A stretch of DNA of 64,000 nt from an uncultured Methanosarcinales archaeon (GTDB taxonomy: Archaea; Nanobdellota; Nanobdellia; Woesearchaeales; CAZPJY01). The position numbers and the translations under genes were made by a program. The DNA lies in NCBI GenBank assembly GCA_964587045.1, contig CAZPJY010000002.1, positions 1 through 64,000 of the forward strand. Direction: 5' to 3'. Each line of letters begins with the position of its first letter. Position 1 is the first letter of the stretch. The notes beneath the pieces are model-generated. The model was not told the DNA's origin. It saw only the letters and a list, made by a program, of their open reading frames with translations, and made no database searches. Of this stretch, positions 56,469 to 64,000 are shown in pieces.

Positions 56469-56594
56469 GTGGGGGGAGGTTCAAAAGGCCATATATAAAA
56501 CTTTCCATTTTTAACCACTTATTAGTAGTTAATATTTTATCAAAGGGTTTAAATACAGCTGATGACTTGCTCAATCCTTTCAAGTTGATTTAAT

Positions 56595-57623
56595 ATGGCA
56601 TTGAGCGAGAAGGAGATCAAGAGCATCCGAAAGGAGCTCGAAAGTAGCGACAATCCACTATTCTTTTTCGACGACGATCCGGACGGCCTATGCTCTTTCC
56701 TCCAGGTCTACAAATTCACAGGCAGGGGACACGGCATAATAGCCAAGATGCACCCCGTCCTCGGAGAGCCACTCCTCAGGAAAGTTGTAGAATACGGTCC
56801 TGACAAGATCTTCATCCTCGACGTCCCAGATGTGAGCCAAGAATTCATAACCGGAGCCAACGTGCCTGTCTTCTGGATTGACCACCACATGCCCCTCGAG
56901 AGGGAGGGGGTGAATTATTTCAACCCGCGGAAGATGGATTCAGCTGACAGGATGCCTGTCGCCTATTGGTGCCATAAAATCACGGAGACCAGCATATGGA
57001 TTGCCATGGTAGGCTGTGTGGCAGACTGGACCTTGCCTGATTTCAGGGAAGAGTTCGAAAGAGAGTACCCGGGTCTGCTGCCTCCAGAAGTCGACACTCC
57101 TGAGAAGGCTCTATTCGAGACCAAGCTCGGGCAGCTAGCAAGGATATTCTCGTTCATCCTCAAAGGCAAGACCCAAGAGGCTATGCGGTGCGTACGCATA
57201 CTCACCCGGATCGAGGACCCCAACGAGATACTCAAGCAGACCACCTCAAGAGGGGCTTACATCCATAAGAGATACCTCCAGATGAAGGAGGAGTACGATG
57301 CGATAAAATCCAAGGCGAAGGTGACGGACGACGAGCTCATAGTCTTCACCTACACCGACAACCAGACCTCCTTTACATCCGAGCTCTCGAACGAGCTGCT
57401 TTACCGGCACCCAGACAAGGTAGTCATTGTCGCAAGGGAGAAGAATGGGGAGATGAAATGCTCAATCAGAAGCTCCAAGGTCGTCATCAACAAGATCCTC
57501 GAGAAGGTGCTTGAGGGCCTCGACGGCTATGGGGGAGGCCACGAATATGCCTGTGGCGCCTGCGTCAAGACAGGCGATTGGGGGACCTTCCTCGAACGGT
57601 TGAGGCAGGAGCTTCGCAAGTGA
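56595..57623 (+). CDS. DHH/DHHA1 phosphoesterase (RecJ/NrnA-like)
   Basis: DDDPDGLCS, ILD, IDHH, G..AD, SIRS, GGGHEYACG. Confidence 0.9.
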   Translation: MALSEKEIKSIRKELESSDNPLFFFDDDPDGLCSFLQVYKFTGRGHGIIAKMHPVLGEPLLRKVVEYGPDKIFILDVPDVSQEFITGANVPVFWIDHHMPLEREGVNYFNPRKMDSADRMPVAYWCHKITETSIWIAMVGCVADWTLPDFREEFEREYPGLLPPEVDTPEKALFETKLGQLARIFSFILKGKTQEAMRCVRILTRIEDPNEILKQTTSRGAYIHKRYLQMKEEYDAIKSKAKVTDDELIVFTYTDNQTSFTSELSNELLYRHPDKVVIVAREKNGEMKCSIRSSKVVINKILEKVLEGLDGYGGGHEYACGACVKTGDWGTFLERLRQELRK

Positions 57624-57651
57624 TTAATATTACCCCTGCGTTCTAGTTTCC

Positions 57652-58887
57652 ATGAATGTCATTTGCGTCAAGTGCAAGGGCCGAGACCCTTCCAACTGCG
57701 GTCGCACCTTCTGTCCGATAACAGCGAAGGTAAACTCGATGTACAAGGCAAGGGACAGGCTTTCCACAGACCATTTCTTCGGCGAGAGTCCGTCCCCTTT
57801 CGTCGGCCGGTTCGGCTACCCTTATGTCAATGTCGGTGTGCTTACGCCTCCGGATCCTGAGGACGAGGCTTGGCTGTACGACGCACCCAGGGAATGGGCT
57901 TTGAGGGGCTTCGACATCCTCAAGGTCATGGATCTGCGCACGGCGCTAATCAACTCCAGGGCCCTCGCCGACGTCAGGATGGCGAAGAGGTCTGTTGAGG
58001 TAAGCCAGCTGGTTGGGATGTCTTCAAAGCCTGTCGATGTGGAGGTCGAGCTCACCAAGAAGCCGCATCTGGCTGTCTCGTACTCAGACGCCTCCGCCCC
58101 GACGGGGGCTACTGCCCAGCTAAAGAGGATTCAGATGATCTCTAACCCCAAGGTCTCACCCAAGGTTGAGCGGGTCGTTGATGACACTGACCTCAAGGCG
58201 GCAAGCGCTGTTACATCCCTTTACGAGAAGGGATTCGACGAGAACTTCCTCTCGCGGATGCTGTCCGTTGGCACTGTCGGCGTCAAGGTGCAGCGCAGGT
58301 TCGTGCCTACCAGGTGGAGCATAACCGCGACCGATGACATGATTGGACGCCATCTCATTACGAAAGTCCGAGATCTTCCTGAAGGGGATACGCACTTCGT
58401 GAGGTTTGGGGGATATTTGGGCAACTACTACCTCCTGCTCTATTTCCCTGACGTCTGGAGCTATGAGCTGTTCGAGACCTACCTGCCCAGGGCCTCTTGG
58501 AACCCCACGGGCGAGATCCAGTTCGTGACAGACCGCGAGGGATACAATGGCAGGAAGGACTACGCAGCGGACACAGCCGGGGGATACTACGCCGCCCGTC
58601 TCGCTATCCTCGAGGACCTGGTCAAGGCCAAGAAGCAGCACACTATCATCGCCCTTCGGTTCATCACCGGAGAGTATGCCGTCCCCCTCGGGGTTTGGGT
58701 AGTGCGCGAGGCCACCAGGAAAGCAGTGGCAGCTGCTCCCGCAACCTTTTCTTCACGCGAGCTGATGATCCAATACGTTATGGATTTTGCCAAGAAGAAA
58801 TTCGGCGCTGACATCAGCGGGATGGTGGAATCCTCCATCCTCTTGAGGAATATCCGGACGCAAAAGAAGCTACGCTCCTATTTCTGA
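57652..58887 (+). CDS. nreA: Nre-family DNA repair protein
   Basis: C..CKG...CG...CP, FVGRFGYP.V.VG, VPTRWSITATD, GGYYAARL, PLGVW.VRE; PIP QKKLRSYF. Confidence 0.92.
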   Translation: MNVICVKCKGRDPSNCGRTFCPITAKVNSMYKARDRLSTDHFFGESPSPFVGRFGYPYVNVGVLTPPDPEDEAWLYDAPREWALRGFDILKVMDLRTALINSRALADVRMAKRSVEVSQLVGMSSKPVDVEVELTKKPHLAVSYSDASAPTGATAQLKRIQMISNPKVSPKVERVVDDTDLKAASAVTSLYEKGFDENFLSRMLSVGTVGVKVQRRFVPTRWSITATDDMIGRHLITKVRDLPEGDTHFVRFGGYLGNYYLLLYFPDVWSYELFETYLPRASWNPTGEIQFVTDREGYNGRKDYAADTAGGYYAARLAILEDLVKAKKQHTIIALRFITGEYAVPLGVWVVREATRKAVAAAPATFSSRELMIQYVMDFAKKKFGADISGMVESSILLRNIRTQKKLRSYF

Positions 58888-58894
58888 TGTATGA

Positions 58895-59175
58895 GGGTGG
58901 ATACCGAGGTATCCACCCGTTTTGGGATCACTCCCGAGGCAAACCCTTGAAGTCTTGTGAAAGAAAAAGCGGCTCCCTGGGCGGGTATCGAGGGGGGTGG
59001 TTGATAGAAAACTCAGGGAGCCGACTTTTGTGTGATCGTACTCTTATCCTCAGGATAAGAATAAAGGCTCCTGGCCTGGGTAAAAGGGGGGTGGTTCGGT
59101 TAGAATCGGCCGAGGAGCCCTTGAGCGTGCAAGCTTCCATCTTACAGAGGGAAGCCACCATGATATCCGCTATTT
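58895..59175. ncRNA. Candidate novel structured ncRNA with two C-rich (or G-rich) loop hairpins
   Basis: Six hairpins between convergent genes; repeated AGGGGGGTGGTT loops; minus-strand TATA near 59201-59208. Confidence 0.6.
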
Positions 59176-59291
59176 CCAATATAACATAGGATACACTAGT
59201 ATATAAATGTTACGAAATTGTATACTAATTTAGTGTTTACCCCATTCTTATTTATAAATGGGATATCACACAACCGAATAAAGATACAAGC

Positions 59292-61130
59292 CTATCTGAA
59301 GAAATCCTCAGCCTTGATTGCGAAATCAGGCGTGACCTCGAGGTCCAGTCCACCAGGAAAATATGCCCTGTAATTTGGGTAGGCGTAACGCTCGTCGAGG
59401 AAGACCACCAGCCCCCTGTCGTGTGCAGACCTGATGCACCTCCCGGCCGCCTGCAGAGCCTTGTTGAATGCAGGCAGGATGTAGGCGAACTCCCAGCCCT
59501 TTGAGAACTTACGGTCGTAGTAAGCGATGAGCTCCTTGGTCTCCAGATCCGGCTGCTGGAAGGGAAGTCCGACGATAACCACACAAGACAGCAGGTCTCC
59601 AGGCAGGTCGACCCCTTCTGAGAACGAGCCTGAGACGCATCCCAGGAGCACTGCGCCCGGGTTCGAGAGCATCCTAAACTTCTGCAGGGTCTCGGTCCTC
59701 TCCCGCTTGGTCATGCTGGGTGCCTCGTAGAGCACCTCCCTGGAGGTGAGCTTCTCGAAGTACTGCGCCACATGGTCGCGGAGGGCGTAGCTGGGAAAGT
59801 AGATAGCAGTGTTGCCCTTCACCCTGTCAGCGATGGCTGAGGTTATGGTTGCTATCTTCTCATACTCCCTTGGAGACCTGTTCGAGAACTTGGTCGAGGC
59901 CAGCGGCACAATCAGGTTCCTCCTGTTCTCTTTAGGGAAAGGGCTACCGAAGGTCTTTTCGACTGCGCGTCCCACACCCAGTAGCTCGCGGTACATGGAG
60001 GTGGGTGAGAGGGTGCCTGACATTACGATGGTCGAGTGGCTCTGGTTTATCACCGGGGCCGCTATCAGCGACGGGTCCAGGCACCTGTATGACAGTGTGA
60101 GGATGGGATACCTGCCTGAGTCCTTGGTCGAGAGTATCCTTGCGAAACCCTCATCAGGCCCCTGCCATGCGTCCAGGAACGTGGCGACGCTTGCGATATA
60201 GCTCTTCTTCTCCTGCTCACGTACAGTGTCCCCCAACAACGCCAGCTCTGAAGTGAGGAGGTCATAATCCTGTATGGGCTCGACGAAGGCATCCTTTGAA
60301 ACGAGGATCTCATCCTCACCTTCCTTTGCTAAGCCCATGATGGTATCCTGCACCTTGATCAGTTTGGTTGCAACCTCGTTGTACCCCATCTTCTTGGCTT
60401 CTGTAATGGCGCGCTGGAGCATCATGGTGGAGAGCCGTTCGCTTGCCAGGTCCTTGATCCTGGACGGCAGGTTGTGGCCCTCATCAACGATGATTATGGC
60501 CTTCTCCAGCTCCTTTGATGCCTTCTGGAAGAACGACTCCCTGATCTTGGGGTTGAAGATGTAGAAGTAGTCTGTCACGATGACTGAGGACTCAGATGCC
60601 AGCTTCATCGATATCTCGTACGGGCAGAGCCTTTCCTCAGCGCATCTCCTGATGGTCCCTTCAGTATGGGTCGGGCCAGCCTTCTTGAGCTCTCCGAGCA
60701 TCCTCTTGGCCTCGACAGAGAGTCCGCCCTTGGTGCGCGTGCGCTCGTAGAACTCGCACCTGTTATCCTCCCTGACAGCGCGGCAGTAGTCGGCGAACTC
60801 AGAAGAATGGAGATCCTCGACGCCGGGAACAGGGCACATCCACTTCTTGCCTATGATGTTGGTGACATTGAACTTCTCCTTGTGCTTCTCCCTTATCGCC
60901 GCCAGCGTATCGACCGCTATCGCGTGCTGGGTGTGCCTGGATGTGAGGAAGAAGACAGTCAGCCCGTGCTCGAGGGCGTAATCGAGCGCCGGGGCGATGG
61001 TGGCCGCGGTCTTCCCCAGGCCTGTCGGGGCGTGGGCGATGAGGTTACTTCCCTCATTCAGGACCTGCCTTACGCTCTCCATGAACTCCTTTTGGACAGG
61101 GCGGATGCTGTCATGCGGGAAAAGCCTCAT
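59292..61130 (-). CDS. xpd: XPD/Rad3 Fe-S DNA helicase
   Basis: R..Q, HAPTGLGKT, 4 Fe-S Cys (CPY), VDEGHN, MSGTL, FPSY, SEGVD, QAAGRCIR. Confidence 0.93.
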   Translation of the reverse strand: MRLFPHDSIRPVQKEFMESVRQVLNEGSNLIAHAPTGLGKTAATIAPALDYALEHGLTVFFLTSRHTQHAIAVDTLAAIREKHKEKFNVTNIIGKKWMCPVPGVEDLHSSEFADYCRAVREDNRCEFYERTRTKGGLSVEAKRMLGELKKAGPTHTEGTIRRCAEERLCPYEISMKLASESSVIVTDYFYIFNPKIRESFFQKASKELEKAIIIVDEGHNLPSRIKDLASERLSTMMLQRAITEAKKMGYNEVATKLIKVQDTIMGLAKEGEDEILVSKDAFVEPIQDYDLLTSELALLGDTVREQEKKSYIASVATFLDAWQGPDEGFARILSTKDSGRYPILTLSYRCLDPSLIAAPVINQSHSTIVMSGTLSPTSMYRELLGVGRAVEKTFGSPFPKENRRNLIVPLASTKFSNRSPREYEKIATITSAIADRVKGNTAIYFPSYALRDHVAQYFEKLTSREVLYEAPSMTKRERTETLQKFRMLSNPGAVLLGCVSGSFSEGVDLPGDLLSCVVIVGLPFQQPDLETKELIAYYDRKFSKGWEFAYILPAFNKALQAAGRCIRSAHDRGLVVFLDERYAYPNYRAYFPGGLDLEVTPDFAIKAEDFFR

Positions 61131-61155
61131 GAAAAGCGGAAAAGGGGAGATGTAT

Positions 61156-61809
61156 TTATTCTTTCTTGCTGACCCGGTCTTTTATCTCATCATAGAAATC
61201 CTTGGCCTTCTCCGAGGCCTTGTGGAGCATCTTGGTATGCTTTGCACCGAAGTTCTTGAGGGCCTTGTCCTTGTCAAGTATCTTGTTGCCGTACTCCTCG
61301 AAGAAAACCATTATCTCCAGGTCGTAGCGCTCGGAGCTGGGAGGCTTCTCGTCAGCATAGCCGATAGGGACGATGACATAGGGTATGATCCCTTCAGGGA
61401 TGCTTAGGATCCGGCTGACCTCGGCCTCGTCGAACGCGCTCACCCAGCAGGCTCCCAGACCCTCTGCAGTCGCGGCGAGGAGCAAGTTCTCCGTGGCAGC
61501 GGCGCAGTTTTGCACGGTGTAAAGGTTTGAGCCCCTTGGCCCGTAGAAGCGCTCTGCCTTGGTGGGATCGCCGCAGACCACGACGAAAACCTGAGCCTGG
61601 GCCATCCAGTCCTGCTGCAGGGCAGCTTCTGCCAGCTTGACCCTCTTGTCCTTGTCAGTCACGATGATGAAGGACCAGTTCTGCAGGTTGCCAGCCGACG
61701 GGGCCAGGCTGGCCGCCTCGATGACGCTTGCCACCTTGTCGAACTCGACAGGTATGGATAGAAACCTCCTGACCGACCTCCGCTCCTTTATCGCATCCTC
61801 CACATTCAT
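61156..61809 (-). CDS. Nitroreductase family protein
   Basis: RRSVRRF, APSAGNLQNW, ENLLLAA...GLGACWV. Confidence 0.92.
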   Translation of the reverse strand: MNVEDAIKERRSVRRFLSIPVEFDKVASVIEAASLAPSAGNLQNWSFIIVTDKDKRVKLAEAALQQDWMAQAQVFVVVCGDPTKAERFYGPRGSNLYTVQNCAAATENLLLAATAEGLGACWVSAFDEAEVSRILSIPEGIIPYVIVPIGYADEKPPSSERYDLEIMVFFEEYGNKILDKDKALKNFGAKHTKMLHKASEKAKDFYDEIKDRVSKKE

Positions 61810-61855
61810 GACACAATCTTTATAAAGTTCTCCTATTTATACTTACCGGGTTATC

Positions 61856-63631
61856 ATGGACTATTCTTTACTCGTAAAGGCGTATGAGGAGCTCGAGTCG
61901 ACTTCCAAAAGGATGGAGAAGACAGGCATCCTGATCATGTTCTTTCGGGAGCACCTCTCAGACCTCGAGGAGTTCGACAAGCTGGTGCTGCTCCTCCAGG
62001 GAAGGGTGTTCGCTCCTTGGGACGAGAGGAAGGTGGGGATGGCAAGCCAACTCGTGCTGAAATCCATAAGCATGGCGACAGGGGTGTCCATACCCAGGCT
62101 TGAGTCCTCTTGGAAAGAGAGCGGAGACCTGGGGGAAGTGGTGGCCCATCTGGCCTCGAAGGGAAGGCAGTCGACACTTTTCTCCAGGCACCTGACTGTC
62201 AGGAAGGTGTTCGACAACCTCCGCAACGCATCGGGGCTCTCAGGCAAGGGCACCGTCTCAAAGAAGGTCCAGTTGGTCACAGAGCTGCTCACCTCAGCCA
62301 CTCCGGCAGAGGCCAAGTACGTGGTCAGGACCGTGCTCGAGGACCTAAGGGTGGGGATAGGTGAAGGGATAATCAGGGATGCCATAGCATGGGCCGCCCT
62401 GTTCGGTGACAGGATGTCCTTTGAGGGAGGCAGGCTGCTGTTCGATTCGGAGGAGGCCAAAGCATCTGCCGGATCTGAGCTCGCACAGGCATCTGAGCTG
62501 GTGCAGGAAGCCTACGACCGCACCAATGACATGGTGGAGGTAGCAAGGATTGCCCTCAAGAAGGGTAAGCAGGGTCTCAGGGAGGTGTCCATCAGGGTGG
62601 GCAAGCCAGTTAAGGTTATGCTTTACCCCAAGGCTTCGAGCGTCGAGGATGCCTTCAACACGGTAGGGCGGCCCGCTGCAATCGAATTCAAGTATGACGG
62701 GTTCAGGATACAGGTCCATAAGGAGGGGGAGAAGATACGGCTTTTTACCAGAAGGCTAGAGGAGGTAACTGAGCAGTTCCCGGATGTCGTGTCTGCTGTG
62801 AAGAGCAACATATCAGCCAAGACATGCATACTCGATGGCGAGGCGGTCGGCTTCGACCCCAAGTCTGGCAAGTACCTGCCGTTCCAAAGCATTAGCCAAA
62901 GGATCAGACGCAAGTACGACATCGCCAGCATGGCCAAGCGATTCCCGGTTGAATATGTCGTGTTCGACCTTATCCACATTGATGGCAAGGATATCACAAG
63001 GATTCAGTTCAAGGATCGTCGCAAGAAGATTCTCAAGATTCTAAATCCTGTGCACCAAGCGATAGTGCCAGCCAAGCAGCTGATCACGGGAGATGATGAG
63101 GAGGCCGGCAGGTTCTACCAAGAGGCACTTGACGCGCAAGAGGAAGGCGTGATGTTCAAATCCCTCAGTTCTGCATACAAGCCTGGGGCGCGAGTAGGGT
63201 ATGGCATCAAACTCAAGCCGGTCATGGAGAGCCTGGACCTTGTGATTATCGGAGCAGAGTGGGGTGAGGGCAAGCGGGCGAATTGGCTGACCAGCTTCAC
63301 CCTGGCCTGCAGGAATGAAGATGGCTCCTTCCTTGAGATAGGCAAGGTCGGCACAGGACTAAAGGAGAAGGATGAGGAGGGCCTCTCCTTCAATCAGGTC
63401 ACAGAGCTGCTTAGGCCCTACATCCATAAGGAGAAGGGAAGGGAAGTGGCAATCAATCCTGCTGTCGTGCTCGAGATCAACTATGAGGAGATCCAGAAGA
63501 GTCCGACCTATGCTTCAGGGTACGCTTTGAGATTCCCGAGGGTTGTCCGCCTGAGGGATGATAAGGGTCCTGACGACGCCTCCTCCATCAAGCAGGTGGA
63601 GGAGCTGTACGAAGGGCAGAGGGCTTCTTGA
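61856..63631 (+). CDS. lig: ATP-dependent DNA ligase
   Basis: EFKYDGFR, ILDGE, VFD, EGVMFK, KLK, LDLVIIG, ALRFPR..RLR.DK. Confidence 0.96.
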   Translation: MDYSLLVKAYEELESTSKRMEKTGILIMFFREHLSDLEEFDKLVLLLQGRVFAPWDERKVGMASQLVLKSISMATGVSIPRLESSWKESGDLGEVVAHLASKGRQSTLFSRHLTVRKVFDNLRNASGLSGKGTVSKKVQLVTELLTSATPAEAKYVVRTVLEDLRVGIGEGIIRDAIAWAALFGDRMSFEGGRLLFDSEEAKASAGSELAQASELVQEAYDRTNDMVEVARIALKKGKQGLREVSIRVGKPVKVMLYPKASSVEDAFNTVGRPAAIEFKYDGFRIQVHKEGEKIRLFTRRLEEVTEQFPDVVSAVKSNISAKTCILDGEAVGFDPKSGKYLPFQSISQRIRRKYDIASMAKRFPVEYVVFDLIHIDGKDITRIQFKDRRKKILKILNPVHQAIVPAKQLITGDDEEAGRFYQEALDAQEEGVMFKSLSSAYKPGARVGYGIKLKPVMESLDLVIIGAEWGEGKRANWLTSFTLACRNEDGSFLEIGKVGTGLKEKDEEGLSFNQVTELLRPYIHKEKGREVAINPAVVLEINYEEIQKSPTYASGYALRFPRVVRLRDDKGPDDASSIKQVEELYEGQRAS

Positions 63632-63736
63632 ATCTGGAAACAGCCAGCAGATGATGCTGACTAAGCTGGTGTATTAAAAATGGAACACTGTTCCAAAATC
63701 GAAACGAATAAATATTACCATTATTTTTAATAGATA

Positions 63737-64000
63737 ATGGAGAACCTGGCAATCCTTGCTGAACTCTTCGATTCGAAGATGCTGGGCGTCCTCAAAGAGC
63801 TTTTCTCGGACAGGGAGCAACAATGGGGCGTCCGTGAGCTGGCGCGGGCCGCTAAAGTTCCCCCTGCAACCACCCACCGCATACTGAAGCGCCTCATGGA
63901 GCTGGATATAGTCCATTCCCAAGGCATAAAGAGCATTAAGCTCTATTCTCTTGCGAAGAATGAGAAGGTGACCTTCCTGGAGAGTTTCATAAAACAGGAC
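63737..64000 (+). CDS. HTH DNA-binding protein (partial, runs off the window)
   Basis: My translation: MENLAILAELFDSK...GVRELARAAKVPPATTHRILKRL. Confidence 0.75.
   Translation, partial: MENLAILAELFDSKMLGVLKELFSDREQQWGVRELARAAKVPPATTHRILKRLMELDIVHSQGIKSIKLYSLAKNEKVTFLESFIKQD

Noticed and set aside
58887..59189. 100-aa (+) and 83-aa (-) ORFs over the structured region
   Set aside because: Atypical composition and no motifs; dense hairpins explain the sequence better. It also does not match SRP RNA, RNase P RNA or a CRISPR repeat-spacer pattern.
1..64000. CRISPR arrays, IS elements, integrases, prophage, DGR/retron reverse transcriptase, rRNA, alternative genetic code
   Set aside because: No periodic repeats or corresponding protein motifs were seen, and conserved genes are full length under the standard code.

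Overview
A 64-kb chromosomal segment of an archaeon, most likely DPANN (Woesearchaeota/Nanobdellota-like; this lineage call is an inference). Archaeal markers include uS15, Cdc6/Orc1, SRP54, Pth2, archease-RtcB, NreA, XPD, ATP-dependent ligase, an A1:U72 initiator tRNA, class III signal-peptide proteins and TATA boxes about 25-30 nt upstream of many starts. It is gene-dense, with about 70 CDS, 5 tRNAs (Arg-GCG, Val-CAC, Ser-GCT, iMet-CAT, Gly-TCC; CCA not encoded) and one 10-N scaffold gap. No rRNA, CRISPR, transposase or integrase was seen. Several genes are bacterial-type (gyrB, class II lysS, glgC, RNase HIII, paired dNKs). An accessory, locally AT-richer tract at about 29.9-41.4 kb holds TrmB/Lrp regulators, methyltransferases, a TA pair and a tRNA-iMet islet. 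Main candidates: (1) a dispersed bacterial-envelope toolkit, made of a LysM-linker-beta-barrel protein, a small OmpA/OmpW-like barrel and a membrane-anchored GH23 lytic transglycosylase-LysM; (2) an unannotated ~280-nt structured RNA with two hairpins displaying the same 12-nt anti-SD-like loop; (3) a structured rps15 leader, ORB-like repeats at cdc6 and a RimK-AbrB fusion. All family calls come from motif recognition by eye, with no database search.
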